DNA of 64,000 bases from positions 384,001 to 448,000 of the forward strand of contig CAVUKB010000010.1 of assembly GCA_963741955.1 (NCBI GenBank), read 5' to 3'. Both the position numbers and the translations under genes were made by a program. How positions within the stretch are numbered: position 1 is the stretch's first letter; the number at the start of each line of letters is the position of its first letter. Of this stretch, positions 1 to 9,384 are shown piece by piece. The stretch comes from an uncultured Acidobacteriota bacterium. Its GTDB lineage: Bacteria; Acidobacteriota; Thermoanaerobaculia; Gp7-AA8. Under the pieces are notes generated by a model, which worked only from the letters and a program-made list of their open reading frames with translations, did no database searches and was not told the origin of the DNA.

Positions 1-652
1 CGCTCTCGTCGACCGAGGCGAGGATCTGCATGTGGGCGAGATCGTTCGCGATCAGGAAGAGCTGGGGGGCCGAAAGACTCGCCGCGACGGTCTGTCCGAC
101 GTCGACGTTCCTCTCGACGACCACTCCGTCGATGGGAGCGTAGATCTCGGTGTAGGAGAGGTTCCGCCGCGCGCGGTCGAGACTGACCTGTGCGGATTCG
201 AGATTCGCCTTTGCCACGGCGAGATTCGCCGAGCTCGAGTCGAAACTGCTCTTCGCGATCAGCCCGTCATTCTCCAGCGCGCGGTTGCGCTCGTAATCCT
301 GCTGCGACTGCTGGAGCTGTGCCCTCGCGCGATCGAGCCCGGCCTCGGCGTCACGCACCGACTGTTCTGCGAGCGTCGGGTCGATCCGCGCGAGACGCTG
401 GCCCTTCTTCACCTGGTCGTTGAAGTCGGCGTAGAGCGCCGAGACCTGTCCGGAGACCTGGGTTCCGACGTTCACCGTCTTTACGGCGCTGAGCGTTCCG
501 GTCGCAGTGACCGTCTGCTCGAGATCACCCTTCTCGATCGCAGCGGTCCGGTACGAGGGGGTCTCCTGCGCATCGGCGCGATGGTAGAACCAGAATCCAG
601 TGGTGGTCAGAAGGACCGCGAGAGCGGTGACGATGATCCATTTCTTCTTCAT
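1..652 (-). CDS. Efflux RND/MacA-like periplasmic adaptor subunit (partial, runs off window start)
   Basis: Manual minus-strand translation from ATG 652: MKKKWIIVTALAVLL...IEKGDLEQTVTATGTLSAVKTVNVGTQVSGQVSALYADFNDQVKKGQ, the typical HlyD/MacA N-terminus. Absent from the ORF track because it has no stop in the window. Confidence 0.9.
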   Translation of the reverse strand, partial: MKKKWIIVTALAVLLTTTGFWFYHRADAQETPSYRTAAIEKGDLEQTVTATGTLSAVKTVNVGTQVSGQVSALYADFNDQVKKGQRLARIDPTLAEQSVRDAEAGLDRARAQLQQSQQDYERNRALENDGLIAKSSFDSSSANLAVAKANLESAQVSLDRARRNLSYTEIYAPIDGVVVERNVDVGQTVAASLSAPQLFLIANDLAHMQILASVDES

Positions 653-764
653 TTCAATCTTCCTCGAAGCAGCCGGACGCCGGATCCGCGATCTCGCGGT
701 CCGGCGCCGGCGATGAGCGCGTCGACCGGATCCCGGGAAGCGCCCGGGCCCGGTCGCTCGGGCC

Positions 765-1238
765 TTACTGCTGCGGTGCTCCCTTTTCCTGCCGCGCCGC
801 ACGGCGCGCCTGCATCTGCTGCCTCATCTCCTGGAACTGCTGCCGCTGCTCGGGGGTGAGGATGTTCAGCATCGCCTGGCGCTGCTGATTACGCGCGAGG
901 ATCATCTGGTCGCGAAGCGAATCGAGCTTCGGACGCAGCGCATCGACAGTCGCCTGATCGCCGGCGACGAGAGCGTCGCGATACTGCGTTTGGGTCTGAC
1001 GGGAAGTCCGGAACAGCTCTTTGTTCTGTTCGCGGAACGTCTTGTGGAGCTCGCGAAGCTGAGTCTTCTGCGCATCGCTGAGATTGAGCTTCTTCGCCAA
1101 TCCCATCTCTCCTTGGCGCTGTCCCATGTGGTGGCGGCCCATCTCGTGCTGGCCTCCCCACGCGCCGCCGACCTGTGCGCCGAATGCGACGGTGGCTCCG
1201 AGGGCTGCGACGCCGATTGCGGTGAGTACCTTCTTCAT
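765..1238 (-). CDS. Spy/CpxP family periplasmic protein
   Basis: Signal peptide MKKVLTAIGVAALGATVAFGAQ, LNLSDAQK and LTPEQRQQ (LTxxQ) motifs. RBS AGGAGG upstream of ATG 1238. Confidence 0.85.
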   Translation of the reverse strand: MKKVLTAIGVAALGATVAFGAQVGGAWGGQHEMGRHHMGQRQGEMGLAKKLNLSDAQKTQLRELHKTFREQNKELFRTSRQTQTQYRDALVAGDQATVDALRPKLDSLRDQMILARNQQRQAMLNILTPEQRQQFQEMRQQMQARRAARQEKGAPQQ

Positions 1239-1296
1239 TTCCTGCCTCCTTGATGGTTGTGAAGCTGTTGACCTTTGCCTGTTCGGCTGTATGCAT

Positions 1297-1380
1297 AGAC
1301 GTTTTGCAGCGCCGCTATGTTTCATCAAATCAACGACTTGCACCCACGTGTCACGAACTGCACGAAGCGCGACACGAATG
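1297..1380 (-). promoter_or_regulatory. Composite promoter: ECF-type TGAAAC-N17-CGTC, IHF-like site, LytTR-like direct repeats
   Basis: Minus strand TGAAAC (1324-1319), 17 nt, CGTC (1301-1298). AATCAAcgacTTG at 1328-1340 matches the IHF consensus WATCARNNNNTTR. CACGAA at 1352 and 1373 (21-bp period). Confidence 0.5.
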
Positions 1381-1481
1381 GTCCGCCTGCCGCCGCGAAG
1401 AAGGCCTCCCCGACGGGACCGCGACTCGCAGGGCGGCTATGATGAGGAGCGAAAGGAGCCTCGATCGGACCTCCGGCGGTA

Positions 1482-2750
1482 ATGAATGGTGAGCCGCACG
1501 AGCGGACTAGGCGATGTTCGGGTGCTCTCGGGGAGATGGAGATCGACGTGAAGACGAATCGGATGGAGGTGCGGAGCGAGGAGGGCCGGTGGGCTCTCTC
1601 GACACGCGAGATCATCTTCATCTTCGTGTTCTGGACGTCGCTCGCGCTCCTCACCGTGGCGAACCGTCTGCTGGACGCGCGCGGCACGGGGTTTCAGCTC
1701 ATCGCACCGACCCGGCCGATCGTCCTCGCCTTCGTCGAAGCGTGGATCTGGGCGGTGCTGACACCATTGATCTTCTGGCTCAGCCATCGCGTGAGCGGGG
1801 AACGATGGGGATGGATCGAGCGAGTCCTGGTGCTGGTGGTGGTCGGGATACTGCTGGCGATTTTCGTCGATGCGGCGACGGAGGTTTTCCGGGTTCAGGT
1901 CCTGCACATCCCGCATCGCCGGTTCCCTCCGGGGATCGCCCGGCGGATGATGGCGATCCGGGGAGGACGGATCTGGTTCCTCAACGAGATGATCGTGTAC
2001 CTCGCCGTCCTCGCCGCAGGTTTCGCCCGCGAGTACTTCGACCGTTACCAGAGGCGGCAGCAGGAATCGGTGCGACTCGAAGCGCACACCGCGCAACTCG
2101 AAGCGCAACTGGCGACCGCACGCCTCGAGACGCTGCGAATGCAGCTGAATCCTCACTTTCTATTCAACACCCTTCACGCCGTCTCCGCGCTGGTGGAGCG
2201 CGATCCGGCCGGAGTGCGACGGATGATCGCGCGCCTGAGCGAGTTGCTCCGGTTCACCCTCGAGTCGACCGGCCGGCACGAGGTGTCGCTGGAAGAGGAG
2301 ATCTCGCTCCTCGAGCGTTACCTCGACATCATGCGGATCCGCTTTCAAGGGAAGCTCGACGTGCGGATCGATCTCGCTCCGGAGACCGGAGGGGCGCTGT
2401 TGCCGAACCTGATCCTGCAGCCGATCGTGGAGAACGCGATCAAGCACGGCGTCGATCGGAATGGCGAAGGTGAGATCGAGATCCGCGCGCTGCGACGCGG
2501 AGAACGACTGGTGGTCTCGGTGCGAGACCACGGCGACGGCAGCGAGAACGACTTCGATTTCAGAGAAGGAGTGGGGCTGGCGAACACGCGAGCGAGGCTG
2601 GAACAGATGTACGACACCGACCAGACGCTCACTATCCGGCCGGCCGAAGGTGGCGGGGTGATCGCGACCATCGAGGTGCCCTACCACACCGCGTCGGATC
2701 TGCAGGTCCCGTCGTTCGATGTGAACGTGAAGGAGAACGACGGTGAGTGA
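1482..2750 (+). CDS. LytS/YehU-family sensor histidine kinase (start may be 1537 or 1563)
   Basis: Four TM segments, LRMQLNPHFLFNTL H-box, LQPIVENAIKHG and GVGLAN motifs. Confidence 0.92.
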   Translation: MNGEPHERTRRCSGALGEMEIDVKTNRMEVRSEEGRWALSTREIIFIFVFWTSLALLTVANRLLDARGTGFQLIAPTRPIVLAFVEAWIWAVLTPLIFWLSHRVSGERWGWIERVLVLVVVGILLAIFVDAATEVFRVQVLHIPHRRFPPGIARRMMAIRGGRIWFLNEMIVYLAVLAAGFAREYFDRYQRRQQESVRLEAHTAQLEAQLATARLETLRMQLNPHFLFNTLHAVSALVERDPAGVRRMIARLSELLRFTLESTGRHEVSLEEEISLLERYLDIMRIRFQGKLDVRIDLAPETGGALLPNLILQPIVENAIKHGVDRNGEGEIEIRALRRGERLVVSVRDHGDGSENDFDFREGVGLANTRARLEQMYDTDQTLTIRPAEGGGVIATIEVPYHTASDLQVPSFDVNVKENDGE

Positions 2751-3549
2751 GCGGCGGCCTCTCCGAGTGCTCGTCGTCGACGACGAGATGCTTGCCCGGC
2801 AGCGTATCGAGGATCTTCTCCGGAAGGAGGAGGAGGTGGAGATTGCCGGCACGGTCGACAACGGCGCGGATGCGGTGGACGCGATCGAGTCTCTCCACCC
2901 CGATCTGGTGTTCCTCGACATCCAGATGCCGCGCATGAGCGGACTGGAAGTGGTGGCCGGGGTGGGACCGGAGCGGATGCCGGCCACGATCTTCGTCACC
3001 GCGTTCGACCAGCATGCGATCCGGGCGTTCGAGCTCGCGGCGCTCGATTACCTCGTCAAGCCATTCGACGATGCGCGCTTCGAGCAGGCGTTCCGCCGGG
3101 CGCAGAAGATGATCGAGCTGGAGCAGGTCGGAAAGATGACTCGCGAGCTGGTGTCGCTGCTCGGGGGATCGGTGGCGCCACCGCAGCAGGAGCCGGTGCG
3201 CGCAGCGATCGGGTATCTCGAGCGCATCGCGGTCGAGACGAAGGGGCAGATCCGGGTCGTGCCGGTGGAGAAGATCGACTACATCACCGCCAGCGGTCCG
3301 TACGCGGAGATCCACGTCGGGGAGAAGAGCTACGCGATCCGCGAGAGGATGCAGACGCTCGAGGAGCGGCTCGACCCTGAGCGGTTCTTCCGCATCCATC
3401 GCTCTGCGATCGTGCGGATCGACCGGGTGGAGACACTTCTTCGCAGCGGCGGCGGCGACTACGCAGTGCGCCTGCGTGGCGGTGCCGAGCTGAGCGTGAG
3501 CCGGCAACGGAAGGACGAGCTCGAGCGGCGGCTCGGCGTTTCGCACTGA
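2743..3549 (+). CDS. LytTR-family response regulator
   Basis: REC domain (VVDDE, FLDIQMP, YLVKP) plus LytTR domain FFRIHRSAIV. Overlaps the kinase stop. Confidence 0.95.
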   Translation: MSERRPLRVLVVDDEMLARQRIEDLLRKEEEVEIAGTVDNGADAVDAIESLHPDLVFLDIQMPRMSGLEVVAGVGPERMPATIFVTAFDQHAIRAFELAALDYLVKPFDDARFEQAFRRAQKMIELEQVGKMTRELVSLLGGSVAPPQQEPVRAAIGYLERIAVETKGQIRVVPVEKIDYITASGPYAEIHVGEKSYAIRERMQTLEERLDPERFFRIHRSAIVRIDRVETLLRSGGGDYAVRLRGGAELSVSRQRKDELERRLGVSH

Positions 3550-3642
3550 AGAGCCATCGCGCGCTCCTCCTGAATTTTCACGGGGCGGCGGCCATCCTCC
3601 TTCCACCTTGCAACGGTCCTGACTCCGAGGTAGCCTCGGCTC

Positions 3643-4200
3643 ATGACCGAGAAGGTGAAAGAGAGAGCGCTCTACGACGATCTCGTCGCCGCTCCGGAAG
3701 ACCGGATCGCCGAGATCGTGACTGGTTCGCTCTATCTCTCTCCTCGTCCGTCGCTGCGGCACTCGAGAATCGTTTCGACGCTCGGTGCCGACATCCATGA
3801 TGCATTCGACCGCGCCCGGCGCGGACCGGGTGGATGGCTGATTCTCGACGAGCCGGAAGTTCATCTTCTGAACGATGTGGTCGTGCCGGACATCGCGGGA
3901 TGGCGAAGAGACCGCGTTCCCGCGACTCCCGAGCAAGTGGCGATGACGATCGCTCCCGACTGGGCGTGTGAAGTCCTTTCGCCTTCAACCGAGCAGTTCG
4001 ACCGGAGGGAAAAGCTCCCCTGGTATCTCGCCGTGGAAGTAGGCCACCTCTGGCTGGTCGATCCCCCCTTCCGGCGGCTCGAGGTCTACGCGCGTCACGC
4101 GCACGAATGGATCCTTCTCGAGACGTACGCGAACGAAGCGGTCGTCAGCGCGCCCCCGTTCGAGGCGGTTCCCATCGAGCTCGCCCCGCTCTGGTCTTAG
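3643..4200 (+). CDS. Uma2 family (PD-(D/E)xK) endonuclease-like protein
   Basis: AEIVTGSLYLSPRP...H, VVPDIAGW, ACEVLSPST...DRREK, HLWLVDP motifs. TTGCAA-17-TAGCCT promoter 6 nt before the ATG. Confidence 0.9.
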   Translation: MTEKVKERALYDDLVAAPEDRIAEIVTGSLYLSPRPSLRHSRIVSTLGADIHDAFDRARRGPGGWLILDEPEVHLLNDVVVPDIAGWRRDRVPATPEQVAMTIAPDWACEVLSPSTEQFDRREKLPWYLAVEVGHLWLVDPPFRRLEVYARHAHEWILLETYANEAVVSAPPFEAVPIELAPLWS

Positions 4201-4222
4201 GTGGGGTACGTGCGTGGATGAT

Positions 4223-4335
4223 TCAATCGCCCCTACGGGGCTTTCGCGCTGACCTCGAGTGTCGAGTCCCGAGCCCCGAAGGAATCCCAGGACTGCGTCC
4301 TGGGCTATGGTCAATCGCCCCTACGGGGCTTTCGC
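4223..4335. repeat. REP/BIME-like element: two identical 25-bp copies flanking a CCCAGGA/TCCTGGG hairpin
   Basis: TCAATCGCCCCTACGGGGCTTTCGC at 4223-4247 and 4311-4335; hairpin at 4286-4304. Confidence 0.8.
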
Positions 4336-4343
4336 CCTGAACC

Positions 4344-4396
4344 CGAGCCTCGAGCCTCGCGCCCCGCGCCTCGAGTCTCGCGCCTCCCGCTTCGAG
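4344..4396 (+). repeat. Heptamer tandem array (CGAGCCT-type)
   Basis: cgagcct cgagcct cgcgccc cgcgcct cgagtct cgcgcct. Confidence 0.85.
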
Positions 4397-4481
4397 AGGG
4401 GCAGGTCTGCACGTCGTTGCATCTCCGTGACACTTCGTCGTCGGTTCGGGTGCTATCCTCGGTGGGAGGAGGCTCCCCGAC

Positions 4482-5261
4482 ATGCGTATGCCGTCTGCCG
4501 CTCTGCGTGCAATCGCCGTCAGTTCGTTCGCGATCCTCGTCATCTCCGCCGCGCCGTCCCTCGCACAGGAACGCTGGAGTTGGCCCGAACATCCGAAGAA
4601 CCTCCAGATCCTGAAGGGGATGAGCGGTGAACAGCTCCGCCCCGTCATGGTCGGCTTCACCCGCGCGCTCGGAGTTCGCTGCAACTACTGCCACGTCGGC
4701 GAAGAGGGAAAGCCGTTCACCGAATGGGATTTCCCCTCCGATGCCAAACCGGCCAAGAAGACCGCACGCCAGATGCTCGTGATGCTGCGCATGATCAACG
4801 ATCAGCTGAAGGAGGTCCAACCGAGCGGCGACCAGCGGGTCAACATGTGGTGCGGCACCTGCCACCACGGGAAGCCGCGCCCGATGACTCTCGAAGAAAG
4901 TCTCGATGAAGCGTATCGTCAGGGTGGGGTCAAGGCTGCAGTCGACCGCTACCACGAACTTCGTGACCGTTACTACGGCCGCGGGGCGTACGACTTCGGG
5001 GAGCGCTCACTGAACCAGTTCGGCTACGAGCTGCTCGGTAAGAGTGACCTCGACGGAGGGATCACCATTCTCCGGTTGAACGCCGAAATGTTCCCGCAGT
5101 CGGGGAACGTGTGGGACAGCCTCGCCGAGGCGTATGCGAAGGAGGGGAAACCGGAGCTCGCGGAGATCTACTACCGGAAGTCTCTGGAGCTCGATCCGGA
5201 GAACCGCCACGCACTGGAAGAGCTGCAGAAGATCCGGAGCGCGAATCGACAAGCCCCGTAG
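4482..5261 (+). CDS. Diheme c-type cytochrome (reaction-centre-cytochrome-like domain) fused to TPR
   Basis: Signal peptide, KNLQIL, two heme motifs CNYCH and CGTCH, C-terminal TPR (NVWDSLAEAY...YRKSLELDP). Confidence 0.8.
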   Translation: MRMPSAALRAIAVSSFAILVISAAPSLAQERWSWPEHPKNLQILKGMSGEQLRPVMVGFTRALGVRCNYCHVGEEGKPFTEWDFPSDAKPAKKTARQMLVMLRMINDQLKEVQPSGDQRVNMWCGTCHHGKPRPMTLEESLDEAYRQGGVKAAVDRYHELRDRYYGRGAYDFGERSLNQFGYELLGKSDLDGGITILRLNAEMFPQSGNVWDSLAEAYAKEGKPELAEIYYRKSLELDPENRHALEELQKIRSANRQAP

Positions 5262-5300
5262 GGGGGTGATTCGACAACGGCCCTGGTGCAGTCCCGGGGT
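5252..5300 (-). repeat. REP-like copy overlapping the cytochrome stop codon
   Basis: AGCCCCGTAGGGGGGTGA is a near reverse complement of the 4223 unit and is followed by a CCCTGG...CCCGGGG hairpin. Confidence 0.6.
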
Positions 5301-5461
5301 CCACGCACGTCGACTCTCCTGTTTCCGCCGAAGGGGCGCCGCGGCTCCTGCCGCGGCCGACACGGCGAGAGCCGTGCCGCTCCCAGCCCGGATCGAGCTC
5401 CGCAGCAGAAGTCCCGTGGATAGTCTGCTCCCAGCAGCAGGACTGGCTCTGCCGTGAGACG

Positions 5462-6154
5462 CTAACCGTCGCGACTCATCCGCGTGGTGCCGCCCGGCGT
5501 GCCGATGATCGCATCCGTCGCCTCGGTCGCGAACAGGCCCGTCTCGACCACTCCGGCGATGCGGCGCAGCCGGTCCGCGAGTGACGCGATCTCCGTTCCG
5601 GGCGGGACGGTGACATCGATGATGTGGTGCTGTTCGTCCGTGAGGAACGGCTCGTCCGCATGGAGGCGAAGAACCGGATCGAGCTCCAGCCGGCGGAAGC
5701 GGTCGAGCAGATGCGCCGTCGCGAATCTCACGACCTCCACCGGAAGGCGTCCGCGCCCCAGCCGCTCCACGAGCTTCGTCTCGTCGGCGATCACCAGGAA
5801 TCGTTTCGCCGACTGCTCGACGATCTTTTCCCGCAGCAGCGCCCCGCCACGTCCCTTGATCAGTCGAAGGTGACGGTCGATCTCGTCCGCGCCGTCGACG
5901 GCGAGGTCGATCTCTCCGAGATCTTCCAGCGTGAAGACCTCGATGCCGAATTCGCGCGCGAGCGCTTCGGTGCGGGTCGAGGTGCACGTCGCCCGGATCT
6001 CTGAGATCTCTCCAACTGCCAGCCGGTCGGCGAGCGCACGAAGAAACTCCTCGGCAGTCGAGCCGGTGCCGAGCCCGAGGCGCATTCCGTCACGCACTTC
6101 ATCGACCGCCGTCTCGGCGGCGCGTCTTTTCATCTCTGCCGTATCAGTACCCAC
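5462..6154 (-). CDS. rpiA: Ribose-5-phosphate isomerase A
   Basis: GLGTGST, DGADE, IKGRGGALLREKIV, GVVETGLF motifs. Confidence 0.97.
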   Translation of the reverse strand: MGTDTAEMKRRAAETAVDEVRDGMRLGLGTGSTAEEFLRALADRLAVGEISEIRATCTSTRTEALAREFGIEVFTLEDLGEIDLAVDGADEIDRHLRLIKGRGGALLREKIVEQSAKRFLVIADETKLVERLGRGRLPVEVVRFATAHLLDRFRRLELDPVLRLHADEPFLTDEQHHIIDVTVPPGTEIASLADRLRRIAGVVETGLFATEATDAIIGTPGGTTRMSRDG

Positions 6155-7796
6155 CTGCTGCTCCTCCTCGACGCGGATCCGAGACCGCGATCCGCTTCTC
6201 GCCGTCGATCATCACCGCTTCGACGTTGCCCCATGGATCTCTCTGTTCGATCTGATGTCCCATCCGCCGGAGCGCGTCGAGCACCGGAGGGGGGAATGCG
6301 TCTCGCTCCACGACGATCTGATCGGGATTTGCCTGTTCGTGAAATCGAGGTGCCGCGACCGCGTCGGCGAGCGAAGCTCCGTGGAGGGCGACTCGCAGAA
6401 TGATGGAGAGGATGGTGGTCGGGATCATCGCACCACCCGAAGAGCCGAGGGCGAAGAGCGGCTTCCCCTTTTCCATCACGATCGTCGGTGCGAGCGGAGA
6501 GAGCATTCGCGTCTTCGGTGCGATCGCGTTCCGGTCCGAATCGACGAGACCTTTGAGCGTTGGCGCCGGAGCCGATGCGGTGAAGTCCGACATCGCATCA
6601 TTGAGAAAGAATCCGCCCGCCATCAGACCGCTCCCGAAGTCTCCGTCGAGGGATGTGGTGAGCGCAGCCACGTTTCCGTCCGCATCGACGACGGAGATGT
6701 GTGTGGTGTGCTCGCTCTGCGGAGAGCCTTCGCGTACGTCGACGCTCCGGCTGGCGTGACTCCGATCGACACTCTTGAACCATGCCGCACCATGCTCGCG
6801 CGAGAGAAGCTCTCTGAACGGAATCCGCACGTGGTCGGGATCGCCCAGGAAGAGGTTCCGGTCGATGTACGCGCGACGTTCCGCCTCCGCGACGAGGTGA
6901 AGGAGATCCTGGTGCGCCGGATCGATCTTCGCGAGCTCCGCATTGTCGAGAATGGAGAGCGATTCCGCGAGAATCATCCCGCCGGTGGAGGGCGGCGGCA
7001 CCGAGCAGATGCGCAGCCCTGCGTAGTCGATCTGGATCGGTGCGCGCCAGACCGGCCGGTACTCGCTCAGATCGAGAAAGCCGAGCGTTCCGCCGGCCTG
7101 CTGCACGGCGGCGACGATCTTCTTCGCCGTCACTCCTTCGTAGAATCCCTTTTCTCCCTGTTGGGCGAGCCGCTCGAGTGTCGAGGCGAGCTCGGGTTGC
7201 CGGATCGTCGTCCCGGCCGCGACCGCAGCGCCGTTCTCGAAGAAGAACGCCGCGTCGGAATTCCGATCGAGGCCCGCTCTCTCGTGTTCCGTCTCGATCG
7301 CCGAACGGAGATCGTCGTCGACCTTGAATCCTTCGCGCGCCAGTTCGATTGGAGAGGCGAGGAGTGAGGCCCAGCTCGCGCGGCCGAATTTGCTCTGGGC
7401 GGCGGCGAGGCCGGCCACGGTTCCGGGAACGGCCACCGAAGCTCCACGTCCGGGCTCCGTCGCGTCGCCTTTCTCCTTCTTCCGTTCGGGGAGATTTGCC
7501 GGCGAAAGCTCCCGGAAATCGAGCGCCCAGACCGCATTGCTCTTCCGGTCGTAGTAAAGGAGGAATCCGCCCCCTCCGAGGTTGCCCGAATGGGGATGCA
7601 CGACAGCGAGCGTGAACTGCGCCGCGACGGCGGCATCGATCGCGTTCCCGCCGTTGCGCAGAACATCGAGCGCGACGGCCGTCGAAAGAGGGGAGTCGGT
7701 CGCGACCGCGGCGTGCGAGGCGACGGTGACGCCTCCCGCGAAGAGGGACTGAGTGATCAGTCCACCTGCGAGGAGGAAGAGGAGCAGACGTTTCAT
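6144..7796 (-). CDS. ggt: Gamma-glutamyltransferase
   Basis: Signal peptide from ATG 7796 (overlapping the coaX stop), GGNAIDAA, GGGGF, DFRE, HTTHISVVD (autocleavage Thr), APRFH, SDPR. Confidence 0.93.
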   Translation of the reverse strand: MKRLLLFLLAGGLITQSLFAGGVTVASHAAVATDSPLSTAVALDVLRNGGNAIDAAVAAQFTLAVVHPHSGNLGGGGFLLYYDRKSNAVWALDFRELSPANLPERKKEKGDATEPGRGASVAVPGTVAGLAAAQSKFGRASWASLLASPIELAREGFKVDDDLRSAIETEHERAGLDRNSDAAFFFENGAAVAAGTTIRQPELASTLERLAQQGEKGFYEGVTAKKIVAAVQQAGGTLGFLDLSEYRPVWRAPIQIDYAGLRICSVPPPSTGGMILAESLSILDNAELAKIDPAHQDLLHLVAEAERRAYIDRNLFLGDPDHVRIPFRELLSREHGAAWFKSVDRSHASRSVDVREGSPQSEHTTHISVVDADGNVAALTTSLDGDFGSGLMAGGFFLNDAMSDFTASAPAPTLKGLVDSDRNAIAPKTRMLSPLAPTIVMEKGKPLFALGSSGGAMIPTTILSIILRVALHGASLADAVAAPRFHEQANPDQIVVERDAFPPPVLDALRRMGHQIEQRDPWGNVEAVMIDGEKRIAVSDPRRGGAAGGY

Positions 7797-8587
7797 CGAT
7801 GCCGGGCCGTTCGCTTCGACTGATTGCGATCCCAGATGATCTTCAGTCCTTTCATGGTCAGCTCGAGATCGACGTGCTCGATGTAACGGCTGTCGCGAGC
7901 GAGCATCGGGGCGAGTCCGCCGGTCGCAACAACGGTCTTGACGGACTCGATCTCGCCGCGGATCCGTTCGAGGAGTCCATCGATCAATCCGAGATAACCA
8001 TAGTAAATGCCGGACTGCATGCTCGCCACTGTATTCGTACCGATCAGCTGCGACGGCCGTTTGACGTCGACTCTCGGGAGTCGTGCCGCGCGCGAGAAAA
8101 GCGCCTCGGCGGAGATCGTCAGACCAGGTGCGATGACGCCGCCGCGGTACTCGCCCCGCGCGGTCACCACGTCGAAGGTCGTCGCCGTTCCGAAGTCGAC
8201 CACCACGGTCGGACCTCCGAAAAGAGTGAACGCCGCAACGGCATTCGCGATGCGGTCGGCGCCGACCTCCAGCGGGTTCTCGGTCTGGATCGAGAGTCCG
8301 GTCTTCACTCCGGGCTCGACGAAGAGCGGATCGGTGTCGAACGACTTCTGAATCATCTCGCGGATCACCGGATTGAGAGGAGGCACTACCGACGCGACTG
8401 CCGCACCCGCGAGCCCTCCCGCCGCTCGATCGGCGATCAGCTGGCGCGCGAGGATGCCGTACTCGTCGGCGGTGCGATCCCGTGCGGTGGCGAGGCGCCA
8501 CGAATCGAGAAGACGGTCGCCCTCGTAGATCCCGAGGACGATCTGGGTGTTGCCGACGTCGGCCACCAGGATGCGTTGATCGCTCAT
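7793..8587 (-). CDS. coaX: Type III pantothenate kinase
   Basis: DVGNT, VGADR, DFGTATT, GGVIAPG, ATGG motifs. Confidence 0.97.
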   Translation of the reverse strand: MSDQRILVADVGNTQIVLGIYEGDRLLDSWRLATARDRTADEYGILARQLIADRAAGGLAGAAVASVVPPLNPVIREMIQKSFDTDPLFVEPGVKTGLSIQTENPLEVGADRIANAVAAFTLFGGPTVVVDFGTATTFDVVTARGEYRGGVIAPGLTISAEALFSRAARLPRVDVKRPSQLIGTNTVASMQSGIYYGYLGLIDGLLERIRGEIESVKTVVATGGLAPMLARDSRYIEHVDLELTMKGLKIIWDRNQSKRTARHR

Positions 8588-8607
8588 CGATTCCTGCCGT
8601 TTCGCAA

Positions 8608-9384
8608 TCAGGCGCCTTCGACGCGATAGAGATCACCGCCGGAAACGCGGACGATCTCGTCTCCCTGGCGGAGGAGGGCGCATCCGAAATCGTCCACTCC
8701 GACCCACCGTCCTTCGATCACCTGGTCGCCGACTCTGCAGACGATCCGGTCTCCCTTTTCGTGGATGGTCAGCTTCGACCATCGTTCGATGATCTCGGCA
8801 CGCTCGGACGAGGAGGAAAGCCGTGTGTCGATGAACTCGATGAAAGCTTCCGTCGCCGAGTCGACGTCGATGCACTCGACCGTCGATTCCGCGGCGAGAG
8901 TGGTCGAATCGGCGACGTCTTCCGTGAAGGGGGTGATATTGATTCCGGTGCCGATCAGCGCGTACACCTGATCTTCGTGGATGCGGGCCTCGATGAGGAT
9001 TCCGGCGATCTTTTTAGAGCCGATCAGGATGTCGTTCGGCCATTTGATCCGCGCGTCGACACGGTAGGTCTCGCGCAGGAACTCGGCAACGATCACTGCG
9101 ACTTCGAGCGGAAGCGCGGCGAGATTCTTCCCCGGTCGGGAGTGGAGTGTGGTCGCGTAGATTCCGTTCCCGGCCGGTGAGTGCCAGCTCCGCGCTCCCC
9201 GTCCGCGTCCGGCCCACTGCTCTCGCGCGACGATCACCGCAGCCGGCAGAGGGATCTCGTTCTCGATGCACTCGTCGAGAACCCGCCGGCCGATGTCGTT
9301 GGTCGATGAAGTCCTCTCCAGCAGCGCGATCGCGTGAAGCGATTCGAGCCGCCGCAGAAGGCGATCGATGTCGAGCGCGGTCAT
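8608..9384 (-). CDS. birA: Biotin-[acetyl-CoA carboxylase] ligase (no N-terminal HTH)
   Basis: SSTND, QWAGRGRGARSW, KWPND, KKIAGILIE, IGTGIN. Confidence 0.95.
   Translation of the reverse strand: MTALDIDRLLRRLESLHAIALLERTSSTNDIGRRVLDECIENEIPLPAAVIVAREQWAGRGRGARSWHSPAGNGIYATTLHSRPGKNLAALPLEVAVIVAEFLRETYRVDARIKWPNDILIGSKKIAGILIEARIHEDQVYALIGTGINITPFTEDVADSTTLAAESTVECIDVDSATEAFIEFIDTRLSSSSERAEIIERWSKLTIHEKGDRIVCRVGDQVIEGRWVGVDDFGCALLRQGDEIVRVSGGDLYRVEGA

Noticed and set aside
4482-5261. Evidence of photosynthesis from the reaction-centre-cytochrome-like domain
   Set aside because: Only two hemes, fused to TPR, and no puf or bch genes in the window.
7797-8636. N-terminal 280 aa of the 830-aa ggt ORF
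   Set aside because: Out-of-frame overlap with coaX; the signal peptide starts at 7796.
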